A DNA stretch of 64,000 bases. It comes from Paraspadella gotoi (Eukaryota > Animalia > Chaetognatha). A program made the translations under genes and the position numbers. Location: NCBI GenBank assembly GCA_051294375.1, contig CM119267.1, forward strand, positions 11,667,553-11,731,552, written 5' to 3'. Shown in pieces: positions 1 to 14,702 of the stretch. Numbering within the stretch: position 1 is the stretch's first letter; every line of letters starts with the position of its first letter. The notes beneath the pieces are model-generated. The model was not told the DNA's origin. It did no database searches and worked only from the letters and a program-made list of their open reading frames with translations.

Positions 1-330
1 CTTCTTTCTTTTTTCCTTCTTCTAGCTTTCTTTCTTCTTTCTTGTTCGTTCCGCTCGATTTTTTGCCTACTTTCATCCTCCCATTACCTTTACCACTCCT
101 TCAGACGGAACCAACCCCGCCCCCTTCCCCTCTCCTCGCCGCGCCGGTTCGATCTTGCGCCCGGAATGGCGGCGAACGTCACTCGTACGAAAGCTCCGGT
201 ATACCCACATCGTCGGCGTCGGTCGGCGCCAACCACGGTGGCGGCCGTGGTACGAAGGATTCCGAAGGGCATGCCAAATGCTCTTTACATTCAAAGGAGA
301 CACGCGAAGAGATGTGAGAACGGGTTGATG

Positions 331-368
<38 letters not shown>

Positions 369-3040
369 GACGCGAAAGAGCAGCCGAGGAGGGAGAGCGT
401 CGGAGAATCGATGCGACGAGATGGCAAGATGGACGAGATAAAGAGGGACGAGATCGAAGAGAGTGGTGACAATGGATAACGAGAGGAGAGCACGGTATCT
501 TCAAAGATCGATAACCGCAAGTAGAGCCCACTAGCGACGTACATCGTGACGAGAGAGGGCGGGAGCAGGGGGAGCCGAGTATGGTGAGAGAGAGAGAGAG
601 TGGAGAGAGAGAGAGGACGAGAGAGAGAGAGAGAGAGAGCAGAGAGAGAGAGAGAGAGAGAGAAGAAATTTTGTTTTTGGGCAGGACTTTTTCGTGCATA
701 TTTTGCATTTTTTTTGCGTGGCGTTCCCTGGGATAGACGGCTAGACGCATTTTTTTTTTCTTCGCTTTTCGTGAAAACGAAATCTCTCTTTTTTTTTTCC
801 AGGATAATGTGATAATCGCTTCGTGAATTGTTGGGTTTTGTCTCGTAGTCTGTTATTACGTTGGTTTTTGTTGAGATTTCGTGTTTTGTTTGTAATACTT
901 TCTAAATTTTAGAAAACAATGTCGACGTCGTCGTCGTCGTATTGCCTTCTGTCGCTCAATGTTGGACAATTCAAACCCGGTTGACAATGTGGATTCTCCA
1001 CGTTTTACTCGGAATCTATCTCCCGGGATAATGACCCTGGATAACAACACTAATCACTATGTCGCTGGTGGCTCGTCGTCGTCGTCCCCGGTAACGTCGC
1101 GCTATCCCAAATTTTTGTTTACGTGTTTGTGTTTTGCCGATGAAACGCCTTTTGTGACATTACGCGGGGATTAAAACGAGCGCCGGGCAAAGTTAAAATT
1201 AAACAGGCCGGGCAAAAGTTTTAAAAACATCGCCACACCAGATAAGAGATCTGAATCGTCGTCTTCGTTGCGTCGTGTCGTCTTCTTTGTTGGCGCCGTG
1301 CTCCTCGTCTCGTCGTCGTCGTTCGTCGCAAGTCTCATCTCCTCGTTAAGTTTTGTTTATGAAGATCGTCCGAATTTCGTTTCATCGTGAATTGTTTTTG
1401 CTGAAATAAAAGATGGAAATTTGGTGAAAGCCATAGACACAGGAGAAATAGGAGAGAAGAGAAGAGAAGGAGAAAAGAGGGAAAAGAGAGAGTAAGACGA
1501 GCAGGAGCTGTAAGACATCGAGGCCAGATAAACGAAGAAGCACGCGGCAATTCGTCGTTGGCTATCTATCAATCTTTCTCGTGATACAGCCATTAAGATC
1601 ACCTCTCTTCAAAGATAGAAAGTTTTTTGAGAACAATTCTAGAAGACTCTTGAGGGATGAGCTGGAGATTTTCCTTTGAAAGAGATAGTTTTCTAGACTG
1701 AATTCCTCTAAAGCGATGTAAGTGGAATCCCTCTTCTCTGTAAGAAGGTCTAAGCTACCCGCGACTAGCTCTAACCTCCGTTCCGTCGAGTATCATTGAT
1801 TACGATCGACATAGTTAAGACATGCAATAACTAACATCTCTACTGCCTATCCTGCCTCCTTTCTTCTTTTCCATCTTGTCTTTCTTCTCTTACATCTTCT
1901 CTCCTTCTAACTATCTCGGTGACCTCCACCTCTTTTCCTACTCGCTTTCCTCTTTTTTCATCTTTGCCTTCTTCTCTTTCCCTTCTCTCTCTCTCTTCTT
2001 CTTTTCTTCATCTACTATTCATCAGGTCTATCTCTATCTCTCTATCCTCTTTTCTCTTCTCTCCTGCTCTCTCTCTGCTCTCTCTCCGCTCTCTTCGCTC
2101 TTGTCCTCTCGACCACGCCTTACCGTCACGAAAGACGCTGAATACTCGAGGACTGTTCGATGGGAAATTGACAGCATGGGAATCGATAAGTGGGAGCCAT
2201 CAATAGACGGAGGAAAGAAAAGAAAGGAAAACTGAAAAAAAAGACAAAGGAGGAAAATAAAAAGATGGAGGGCGAGGAAAGCGAAAGAAAAAAGAGACAT
2301 AAAAAAGAAAGGGGAAAAATGAAACAGTCCTGGTTAGAGAAGAATGAGTAGATAGAAGGACAAGCAGACGAGAGAGAGGAAAGACGCTTGTCCTGAGCTA
2401 GAGAGTCTGAATAGATACAAGAATACGGAGAGTGCGCAGAAGATGTGGAGCAGCGAGAGGAGGACGATGGGTAGCAGGAGCAGACATAATGAGCGCAGAG
2501 GATGAATGAGAGAGGGAGGAAGAGAGAGGCAGAGAGGAGAGAGTGGAGAGAGAGGAGAGAGGAGAGAGAGAGAGAGGAGATTAGAAAGAGAGGAGAGAGA
2601 GAGAGGAACCAATCAGATTCAAAGTGCCAATCGTGAGAGGAGAACGTCAGAGGAGAACGGTGTTCCACTTTTCGCTTTCATTGTCCGTTTGGGTTTGGTT
2701 CTCATTCTGCCTCAAGATCCCATCTTTTCTATTTGAGTGCATATCTTCACCTTACTTTCTGTCAAAAGTGTTGTAACAAAAACGACTTAATTTTTACAAA
2801 TGTTATTTTTTTTAACTCTCACACCTAACGAAAATACTAAGTTGTTTTCTAGTCTATTACAGTTAACTATCTTTATAACTATTAATTCAATCATCCGTCT
2901 ATCGCATTTCGTTTCCTTCTCATAAACCAGTGTGAGCCAATGTCTCAAATTACGCTTAACCCCCCTATCCTCTCTCCCCCACCCCCCCTTCAATACCCAC
3001 TTAACACAGAACGGACGAAGGAGAAAAATACATTTTTAAT

Positions 3041-3509
3041 TTAAAAGCGAAGGCGGTGGGAAAAGAGACGTTCGGCGGTTTTGAAGCGCGCCACCAGGTG
3101 GAGCATGAAGTAAACGACAAAAACGTCCTTCAAAGCCGTGAGCGCCCAAGACAAAGAGCACGCCGGTTGAAGAAGCGTGCGAGATGTAGACCTGAGAGAA
3201 GAGAGAGAGAGAGAGAGAGAAGAGAGATGCAGAGAGAGAGAGAGAGGAGAGAGGGGAGAGAGAGGAGATGAGAGAGAGGAGAGAGGAATTTTCCATTGGG
3301 ATCGACGTTTGTACTTTTGGCAAACTAGAGAGAGAACGAGACCATGAGAGGAAAAGAAAGAAAAATAAGAAGACAAAAAACTTTTGTCTAAAAAGGAAAC
3401 TTTCATGAAATTTTTTAATCATCTATGGCGAACAGAGAATTTGATTCGTTTTTTAATTGATTTCTGCGGAATGAGAGAGAGAAGAGAGAGAGAGAGAGAG
3501 AGGAAGAAT

Positions 3510-3560
<51 letters not shown>

Positions 3561-4330
3561 AGAGAGAGAGAGAGAGAGAAGAGAATGAGAGAGAGAGAAA
3601 GAGAGATAAATAGTGTGTGAGTACTTGGCATTGCCCACAACGACGTCCCTAACGAAAAAAACGCCCGTGAATCTGCGAAATATGCAATTTATTGCTGCCG
3701 ACGCGGCGACCGTCGCCGCTCAGCCGCAGCGCAGCCGCCACCCCGCCCGCGCGGATGGAACCGCGACAATAATAACAACGATGGGCGTGGGTCATTTTGG
3801 CCGGAGACTTAAAGGTCGAGCGCGTGTCCACGAATTGTGAATCTCGCTCTCGCGGTGCCTCGTCTGAATTCCACCGCTCGGCGTCTCTCCCTCTTTTTTT
3901 TCCGCGGAAAAAAAAATAATAAACCCTTTTGATGCCGTAATTCCTTCTGCAAAAACAAAATAAAAGGAAAGAAAAAATCTCCAATGAGCTTTTCCTCCTA
4001 TTCTCTCGATTTTTCTTATTTACTTTTCGTTCTCTCCTTTTCTTTTCCTTTTCTCTCTTTCCTTTCTTTTCCTTTTCTCTCTTTCTTCTTTCTTTCCTTC
4101 TTTTCTTTCCGCACGTTGGTTCTGCTTCGGAAAGATTGGCCGTTGGCAGCGACCTCCCGAGTGGACCCAAGAAATCCACGACCCGGTCTCTTGCCACTCT
4201 TCTTTCCATTTGGCATTGGACCTTTTGTCTGTGATCCGGGTCTCTTGCCATTCTTCCTTTTAGTGATATTCGACCTTTGTCGGTGATCCGGGACTCTTGC
4301 TACCCTTCTTTCTTGGTAACAGGTTTTTTT
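3041..4330 (-). CDS. Possible frameshifted exons of an unidentified minus-strand gene
   Basis: GC-rich islands lie between AG microsatellites. A basic ~17-aa repeat (KxGKRPGSxTKG) ends at a possible donor aac|gtgcgg near 4113. A cag acceptor near 3191 leads to ...FVVYFMLHLVARFKTAERLFSHRLRF*. Indels must be assumed and no family is recognised. Confidence 0.25.
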
Positions 4331-5037
4331 ACTACGCTTTTCTCAATTGTTCAGGAAAATTGAGCTCCCTTGCTACGTTCATTTACATTTCCAAACTATG
4401 AAGCATTTGTTAATTATCTCGCCAAGCTTTGTGGTTCAACCGAGCGTTTCCATCCTCAACTCTTCATGGTCACTCGCCATTCACGCATCGGACCGAGGCT
4501 TTTCGGTATTAATCTTTGTGCCCAGAAGTAAAGGCACTTGTCCCTCGCCTTCATTGATTTTTGAACCAATGTTTATTCTCTCGCCCCTTTATCCCCTCGG
4601 AGCGCAAAAAAACAAATACAATTCTGTGAACCATGTCTCGTCAATGGGCTCTTCATTCTCTATTTCATTCTCTATTCATTCTCTATTCATTCTGTTCATC
4701 GCCTCAACCAACTCATAATCCTCTTCCTTTCGATTAGAGGGAATCACTCCCTTTCTTTTTTCTGTCTCGCACTTTTGCTTTTTCCCCTTCTTTCACTCTC
4801 TCTCTCTCTCTAAAGCCAAAATGCCTAAAAATATCGAACCATCAAACCATTCATGATTTATGCTATTTTTTCAACGAACAATTGGCTTCCTTATTTTAGT
4901 CGCGCCGCAATTTTTAAACTCATTCTTGACCACCCGAAAATGGCGATGTTCTTTTTTTTTCTTCACCCACTTAACACTTCCACGACGAAGTCGATCCCCA
5001 TTTCACGGTCCATTCGAGGCTGTTCTCTCGCTTCTCC

Positions 5038-5106
<69 letters not shown>

Positions 5107-5213
5107 TGGCATCTCTGGCGGGCAAGAGAACATCTGCCCAAACTCTCATTCTCTCTCTCATCTTCTTCTCACACCAAAATCCCTCGATCCATTTTCGCAA
5201 TTATTATTCCCTC

Positions 5214-5790
<577 letters not shown>

Positions 5791-6210
5791 AAGAGGGGGG
5801 ATGGGGGGGGGGGGGGGGGAGGGGGGTTGGAAAGAAGAAGAAAAGAAAAGAAAAGAAAAGAAAAGAAAAGAAAAGCCACAGAATCCTATTTATACGTTCT
5901 CTCTTCTTCCTCCACTAGTCCTTAGCCTCAAACCCTCTTTTTTTACTTACCTTCTTTACAACTCACCCATACGCAACCCGCATCCGCCTCACCTGCGCCA
6001 CCTTCTCCCTCTCCTCCATCTCAACCTAGCGCCCTGGCCATCACCTTCGGAGCCTCCGGAGCGAGAGAGGCTCAGCCGCGACCCTTGACCTCACCTCGCC
6101 TCACCTCGGCTTCACCTCGAGGTCTTCTGGCTTCGACCCTCTGGCCATCTTCCAATCTGTATATAACCGGAACCGAAAAAGAAATGAAAACGAACGCCTG
6201 TCATGTTCTA

Positions 6211-6248
<38 letters not shown>

Positions 6249-6462
6249 TCTCTCTCTCGTCTCTCTCTCTCTCTCTCTCTCCCTCTCCCTCTCCTCTCTC
6301 TCTCTCCCTCTGACGGTAGCGACGGGCGGTCGGGCGCGGGCTCCGGGTCCTCGCGTTTTTGCCAGTGATGAGCTTCCACGGGTTGTTGGTTTTTTTTTGT
6401 TTTTTTTTCTCTTTTTCTCTTTTTTTTTCCTCCTTTCATCTTTCTAAGAAAATGTCTTGGAG

Positions 6463-6548
<86 letters not shown>

Positions 6549-7677
6549 CTCTCTGGGTGTCATATGTCAGATTATTAAATGCCTCCGGCTTTTTGATTGT
6601 CTTTCCATCCCGATTTTCTTTCCCATTTTCTCATGAAGACGCAACCAAAAAAAAGTCTTTTTGAACCCAAAATATTTTCTTTTTCTTTTTTTTCGATTTT
6701 TTTAAAACTATTCTCCTTTTCGTATATCGCTGTTTAGTTATTTATTCACGACTTCGAATTTCCGGCACAGCGTGTTTTGGTTTTTCGTTATCGGTTTTTT
6801 ACTGCATCATTTTCTTTTGCCAGAGGACACAAAAACTCAATGGCCTCACCTTTTTGCCTCAAGGTCATCCTTTTTCCCCACTCGACCCTCGAACCCGACC
6901 ATCTTTAATTCCGACTCCACTCTCTCCTTCATCTTCCGGTCATAACCAGAGGTCGCCCCCTACCCTTCGGTCCCCCCCCCCACCACAGGCAACGTTGCCC
7001 ATAACGGCGAGTGACCCCCGGTGACCCCCCGACGACAATCGATAAAGAACAAAATGGTCAGCCTCCCTTTCTCCCTTCCGCCGCAATAATCTCGGTCGCT
7101 TTCGCTTTCTTTCCTCCTCCTTTCTCTTTTCTTTTCTTTATTTTCTAGTTCCTTATTTTCTTTTTTCCCTTTTTTGCGTCCCTTCCTTCTTTTCTTATTT
7201 CTTGTTCTTCATTTCTATTCTATATTCTTCCTTTTTTTTTCCTTTTCCTTCCCTTAGTTATCTTTCCTAATTTTAAGATTAGATTTCTTTTTTCAGCATC
7301 CCTTCTTTATTTCTTTTATCATTTTATGGATTACTTCTTCCTGCATGCATCCATTCTTCTCCTGTTTCTAACTCAGTATTTAATAAATTTCTCATATTTA
7401 CTTCATATTCTTCTTCCTATTTTATTTCTTTGTCTATTCTTTTTCGTTTTCCTTCTTCCTTTGTTTTTCTCCATTCTCCGATCTCCCCCATTTTAATTTC
7501 CACAGACTGATTATTTTCTTTTCGACTTTTCGTTCCTCCTTCTTTTCTTTCCTCTTTTTCCTCCAGTCTCTCTCCCCTTCCTCTGTCCTCTCTTCCTCCT
7601 TTTACTTTTATTTTCTCTTTCTCCCTTTTTATTTTTTATGACTATTTCCACTCTCGTTATTTTTTGTCGTTGAGTTC

Positions 7678-7816
<139 letters not shown>

Positions 7817-8505
7817 TCCTTTCGCCTCACAGAATTGAATTACATTTATTTTGTGGGTTTTATTTTGAAGCCGTTCAAATTTTAATTCTACATAGATCTA
7901 TTTACTCCATACGTAATTCAGAACAACCTAAAACGAAAACAACAAAATTTCAAAATAATTTATCGATGACATTCTCAATTTCGATTTTGTACGCAATTTC
8001 GAAATGAGGCCACGTGATACATCAAGAGATGAACTCATTTTGAAAAGATTGATTGCTCGACCGATCAGTCACGTGATCAAGGAGAGGACCAGCACACGCC
8101 CCCCCCACTTGACCTTCGCGACATCTTCGCTAAATTCTGCGGCCGAAGGACATTCAGTCACGAGCAAATTACATTTTACGCTTCGTCATGTCACGAAGAG
8201 CTTTTTGAAAGGCAGCACTCTTCCGCATGATCCTTCCTGCAACTTTCAATCCAACAGCAGCGTGTTATGTGTAAAATCCAGGCGTATAATTTCTAACACC
8301 TTTTTAAATCTACTTCCTCCTATATCACCGAAATAACTAAATCTTTATTCTCTTTCTCCCGTAAATCTATGTCCCTTTTAAATCCAAATCTTCATCCTCA
8401 TCAGGATCCCAAACTCGTCCCCTCCAGATCCTAACTCCGCCCTTTTGGACCCTAAAGAGATTCGCTGACACGGTGTAAAGACCCTTGATTAGATTTCGAA
8501 AGAGG

Positions 8506-8629
<124 letters not shown>

Positions 8630-8803
8630 TATATTGTTCGTTTGCATAGGTCATCCCAATGAGGTATTGGAGCTGAAACCTGGAAATAAAATTGAGTGAA
8701 TGTTGTTTCTTTAAATGTTGTTTGTTAATCTCATATTTCTGTTTTAGGTCTCCTCTCAGGCTGAGATTGTTCACAATCAATTGTTTCATTCTCTCTCCGC
8801 CAG

Positions 8804-9268
8804 GGTATCTCCGCATCGACGACGTCCTCACGGTCGTTCGCTCCTACAACGAGGTCTACCGCCTCCAGTTTTCTGACGAACAGATCGACAGTATCTTCAC
8901 CCAGTGCTCCAACAATGTCCACGTTGATCTGGAGACGATGCTGAGGTGAGCAATAGGATCGTGACTTGTCGCTACTGTATGTCAAGATGATTATATTGAA
9001 TCATGGCATTTTTTATTATTTAAGAAGGTAATTATTTAGTAATTATTAATTAAACAACATTCCAGACATTCAATTTAACAATCCTATTCCTTCTCATCAC
9101 AACCGCAGGATGTTGGCCATGGAGCACAACGCGTCTATGGCGGCAACGACGCTGACGACGATGGCGACGACGACGACGACGCCGACGACGACCAACGGAG
9201 GGCGTCGCGTTTCCAAATCTCAGTCGCCGACGACCGAAGCGCCTGCTGCCGAAGACGCCGTCTGTTGA
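8804..9268 (+). CDS. Last two exons of a C1orf87-like (EF-hand-like, cilia-associated) gene; upstream exons not recognised
   Basis: Exon 8804-8945 (cag|...|gtgag) encodes [47 protein letters not shown]. Exon 9109-9268 is phase-compatible and ends in TGA. The YNxxYxLxxSxxxID pattern resembles the recalled C-terminus of human C1orf87 (HNYNLIYNLSLSPQKIDQAL). Confidence 0.6.
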
Positions 9269-12065
9269 CATTGGGGGGGAGAAAGAAAAAGNNNNNNNNN
9301 NNNNNNNNNNNNNNNNAGTGAAAAAAAACAACCAGAAAGAACCAAAGATCGATATAATAAAAGTGGAAAAAAAAACTGATATCGAAGGCGACAGCAGATT
9401 GTCTCAATAAACGCATTTATAGTTTAATCCTAATGTGTTATGTCAGTGTAAATTAAACCGTAAATTATCTTGCATTGTTCTTAAGCTTGTTAAAAAGATT
9501 AGATCTATTTCAGATTGACAGGGTGTCGGAAACAAAGTGTTAATACGTTTCTTAAACTTCCTACCTTATTAAAAACTGCAAGTCACTTTCTTGTAACTAC
9601 CTATATTAAGAGACCGAAATTGATATTTCGATAAAATGACATGAATTTTCACAACACGTGATGTCATCATACTTGATTTGTCACAAACAAAGCCCCACGA
9701 CACTTTCTCGACTATGGACTCCCCGCATTCAACCACCTCCTCTCCTCCTCCGGACCCAAATATATCCTATGGCCGCCATCTGCGTCTTGAGTGGCCATCT
9801 CATAACCGGGCAACTAATTCCCTGCTCTCTCTTCTCATCTATAAAAATCCCTTTCGTCATCCCCCCCCCGTCCCTCTCTTCGCCGTTTCCTCTCTACCGT
9901 TCGTGATCTCCTTTAAAAAAACAACGAAATACTTGTGTATCCATTGCAATAGAAAAGAGGCATTCCTGAAATCAATTTATAATGCGTTAGTTAAAAAAAA
10001 ATTCCTATGTATCTTATCTTCTGTGATCAAAGTGTGTTTTTAGGATATATGTATATTTTTTTTTTCAAACCCGCCACATTTAAGCTCCTGTCTTTCTCTC
10101 ACCGGGCCTCTCTTTAGACCAGCGAGAAATTTATAATGTCAGTTTTGCAAACCACTTATTTTACTGATATCAATATTTTGACATTTCAATCTCATTACCA
10201 GTCAAAAAATGTATTTTCCTGAAACTAAAAAAACTCGCTAAGTCTGAAGAGTCTTTTTTTTTAAATCCCGGTAAAATTATTAGTAATTGTTTACAAAAAG
10301 GTAACCGATGGAATTTATTTGTTTATGAATTAATGATAGATGTGGACCGATGGTCGATAATGAACAGAGTTTAACACTTTAGGTAAAAGAAGAATAACCC
10401 AACTCAACTTTGTAGTAAACTTTCTATCGGCTATCTGAAAAGTTTAAGTAACTGAATAGGCTTAAATGTGACACTGAATGTTTCAATGGCCGATTCATTA
10501 TCTGCCTTTCCTAATTTTATTCTCTCTCTGGTAAATATTGTTTTTTTTTTCATTATTGATTACAGGTCTATTTTGTATTTAACTGAAGAAATCTTTAAAG
10601 ACAATAGAAACCAAAGATAATTCCTGCAACGTTTAATTCTTAGGTTTGAGCATTTTAGCTTAGACATGTACATACAAGAGGTTGAGATGGTTGCCCCGAG
10701 TAGGGATTGAGGAGAAACGTTAAAAATTAAAAAATACTTGAAAATCTACCCTGAGAAGTAAAACCAAAGGCCGCGTTAACTGTTCTATTTGATGACGATA
10801 TGGAACCGAGTACGAATTATATTTTTTGAATCATTTACAGAAATCCAGAATTTGTAGACGTGAAAAAAAATTAAAAATTCCACCTTGCAACCCAAAATTA
10901 CGATCAGGATTTAATAGAAAGGGAAAAAAGAAAAAGAAAGAGAAAAAAAGAAAATTAGGCGATAGTCGCCGAGAAAAAAGAGGAGTCAAACGAAAAAGGT
11001 TTTTAAANNNNNNNNNNNNNNNNNNNNNNNNNNNNNNNNNNNNNNNNNNNNNNNNNNNNNNNNNNNNNNNNNNNNNNNNNNNNNNNNNNNNNNNNNNNNN
11101 NNNNNNNNNNNNNNNNNNNNNNNNNNNNNNNNNNNNNNNNNNNNNNNNNNNNNNNNNNNNNNNNNNNNNNNNNNNNNNNNNNNNNNNNNNNNNNNNNNNN
11201 NNNNNNNNNNNNNNNNNNNNNNNNNNNNNNNNNNNNNNNNNNNGATTAGTTAGGGCCTCAGTAGAGTGGTTACAAAAAAGCAGAACGGCAGAAACGTTAC
11301 GAACAAGAAGGAGAAAGGTGTCTCAATTGATCGAGGGACAAGCATAGACAAGATGAAGAGAATAATCAACGACCTGGCTGTCGTCCGAGCCATTTCCCGC
11401 CATCGCCACGCCCTCTGGAAAAAAAAAATCGACCGAGTTTCCGTCCCGTCGAAATCCGCTGAGTTGCGTTTACCGCTGGAGTTTTTTTCTGGCGGGAAAA
11501 TTGTTTGCGATGAAAAACCCCGAAACTTCCGGCGACGATAAAAGTGTCAACGCGCCAAGTCATCGCGAATTGGCGTCGCTACGTACCGGTGAGAATTGAA
11601 ACGTTTTATGGCGGGATAATGCGATAAAATATACCCTCAATGTCAAGTGATACGATATCAGAAATTTTACCGGATGAAAATAAAGCGAACTCTCTATTTT
11701 TAGTTGCGCCGCAAGTACTCGCAGAGCAACAATTTTCGGTCGGTCTGTCGGTCCGTCGGTCGGTCCATCGGTATGTCTGTCCGTCGGTCTGTCCCTCTCA
11801 TAACTTATATATAGTTGGTTGCTCGATGCTCATTTCTTAAGAAGGGAAAATCCTTTGACTACAGAAAATCCTAATACTATATAATATATAAAATACTAAA
11901 ATGCAGTCACTGCGGCGCAACACATTTGAATTACCGTTCTTGTTTTGTTTAATTGCCCTTTTTTACTTTAAACGATTTTAAAAAACCAAGGGAAAATAGC
12001 CGAATTTAGCGCTGATTCGTGGCGCCGTCGTCGAGAGCTATCGCCGACCGGAAGTGGGTGGAGCT

Positions 12066-12078
12066 GTTGCTAGGAAAC
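12066..12078. promoter_or_regulatory. Candidate RFX X-box in a CpG-rich promoter/first-exon-like island
   Basis: GTTGCTAGGAAAC fits the X-box consensus, and a strong donor acg|gtaagc follows at 12176/12177. Confidence 0.45.
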
Positions 12079-14608
12079 GGGAGACGCCGAAGAGGGAAAC
12101 CGTGAGGGAGACGAGGGGAAAGAGAGAGAGAGAGACTATAGCGAAAAAAGCGAGCCGGACATCGTACATCACTACGGTAAGCGTCTCTCTCTCTGCTCTC
12201 ATCATCTCTTCAATCTCCTCTCTCTCTTCTCTCCAGTATCAAATCTCTATCTTTTTGATAAGTCGTTTCTTTTCTCATTCTCTCTCTCTTCTCTCTATTC
12301 CGCTGGAAGAGACCCATTGTGCTTTTAATTTGATTCCCATTGAAAATCAATAAAGAAAAAACCGGCGGGCCGATCGAAAAAAAAAAAGTTGGGTCGTTGG
12401 TTGGCGGAAAAAGGAGGATCGTCGGGTGAGTGGAGATGGACTGGTGGAGGTAGGTGAGGGTTGGTTGTTGTTGTTGTCATTGATGTCGTTGATGGTCTTG
12501 TTATGGTCGTCGGTGGTCGGCCTACAATGGGACAGACGTGAATTACTCCTCGTTAATGCGCTTTTATGTGATTCGAGGACAGAGGATTTCAAAGCAAGAA
12601 CGCCAAACATCCAATTTATTAACTTACATGGCCCGGTTATTAAATATTCTCTACCATCCCTTACAAAATGGTAAACACGTTTAAGTACGGGAATATCAAT
12701 CAAATGTGACTTCGGAAAATTGTCTATTGTAGAGAGGGGCATGATGTTGACTTAAATTTTTGCGAAGTAAATATACTTCCTCGCTTAAATATCGGTCTAG
12801 CCCTTCATTTCCTCAGTAGTACAACAAAAAAAGTTTCCCCATATTCATCTCCGATTTTTTTAGGCCTTCGACTTCCAAGAAATATGCAAAGGAAGATTCG
12901 TCTTTCAAAATTCAAAATTGAAAAAAAAAACAGAAGGGAAACTGAATTTGGGATGGAACCGGAATCGGGACATCTGGACGATCGAGCGAGACGTGGAGGC
13001 CGCTGGCGACGACGACGACCACGTTGTGGAAGGGTTGTCGTTGCAGTGGATTTTAACGATAGTCGTTTATGATGTGTCTATTTTTTTTCTTTTGGGTGAA
13101 ATATTAAGAGAGTTTAGGTTAGTTTATGTAAGTAAGTGCGTTTAAGTTTAATATTTTAGTAATAGTATGAATTGGAACCCGGAACTGGTCACCACGATCC
13201 AACCCAAAAATTTGAAGCACCACCGAAACTAACCGGCCTTAGAACGAGGGAGTGCGGCTGAAGCCCCCCCCCCGTTTTCTCAAAATTGGGGCCTGAATTC
13301 AATTTTGAATTGCGGCGGCACACGTTGTTCAAACCCCGGCCCCTTTCTTTTCTCTCGGAGACTTGAAATTCTCGAAAAGTTTTTTTTTATTTCGGTTTGA
13401 GTTTCTTTTATCGTCTTTTTTATTTCCAGTCATAAAAATCTGAGGAGAAACGACATCAAATTGTTTTGGAACGGATATCTCCAGTTTTCAATTTGGCAAC
13501 AGAAATGCGCTCTTATTGCGTCTAAAGTACTTCCGGTTTCAGTGGATAAAAATGTTTCTCTCTCTCTCTCTCTCTTTGGCTCTCTCTCTCCATCTCTAAA
13601 ATCTCTTATCAAAGCAAGGAGCGGCGACAAATTTCGCTCTCTCTCTCTCGCTCTCTCTCGCTCTCTCTCTCGCTCTCTCCCTCTCAAAGCAAGCAAAGGC
13701 GAATGTTTTTAGAGATATAAACATCAACGGCTTAAAGGCACCCATTTTTCATAACAAGATCTTTACCCGGGATTAAGAAAAGAAAATTTGTATCGGAAGA
13801 CGCGCAGCATCAGTATGGGCAAGAGGTATGAGTAAATTGGGAGTGGCAAAACTCGGGATCGAGTGAGGTTACTGGAGTGACAGACGTAGCGTGCAAAATG
13901 AAAAATAAAAAGAAGCCACCTCATCGGCCACTTGGAACAGGCAGAGTTTTGTGCGTTCCGAGTTCGATTCCCGATAGTTCTGGACCTTCAACGAGTCGTG
14001 TCGTAAAAAAAGTGATAATTTCATCATACAACAATCATTCAAAAGCTGCAGCGCATTGGCTGGACCGATATATAGAGTTCAAATGCAATAATAAAGATTT
14101 TTGAAGGTTTTTTTTTCATTATTTTGTCCGACTCATTATCATAATATTAAAAAAACAAAATACGCTGTGTAGACAAACAACTTTTTATGGCCTATCTAAA
14201 TCGGTTCTTTAATATTTTTATTTTTTAAAAAATGGTACAAATTTTATATTAACTTTGTATTACAGAACTCATAATCTTAAAAATAAAAAGTTATAAATTC
14301 TAACTCGACTTAGTAGTTAAACCTTCATCGTCCTCACCACCAAATATGTATAGAGTGTCAGTCGGGAGCGACGCGCGGATATCCAGTGGGCGCGGCAGAT
14401 GCGTCGAAGTCGGAAAGGGATTCGCTAAGAGACTCGGATTTGGTTCTCCGCCTTTTTTATTCTCGCGCGCGCAGCTGCCAAACGTTTTGATTCAGTTTAT
14501 GGAGCATATTTCCGAAGAATTTTGTGTATTGAATTATGTTCGGTTTGGATTCTTTATTAATACGAAAAAAGCAGAATATCAAGATAAAAAAAATTGCTGA
14601 AACAATTT

Positions 14609-14643
<35 letters not shown>

Positions 14644-14650
14644 TTCTCTC

Positions 14651-14702
<52 letters not shown>

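Noticed and set aside
4160-4310. Repeated GKR motifs suggesting an amidated neuropeptide precursor
   Set aside because: GKR is followed by Pro and sits in basic, non-conserved spacers. No signal peptide is evident.
7010-7035. GGTGACCCCCCGACG resembling a second tRNA-Trp PBS
   Set aside because: No LTR pair, TSD or gag/pol sequence is nearby.
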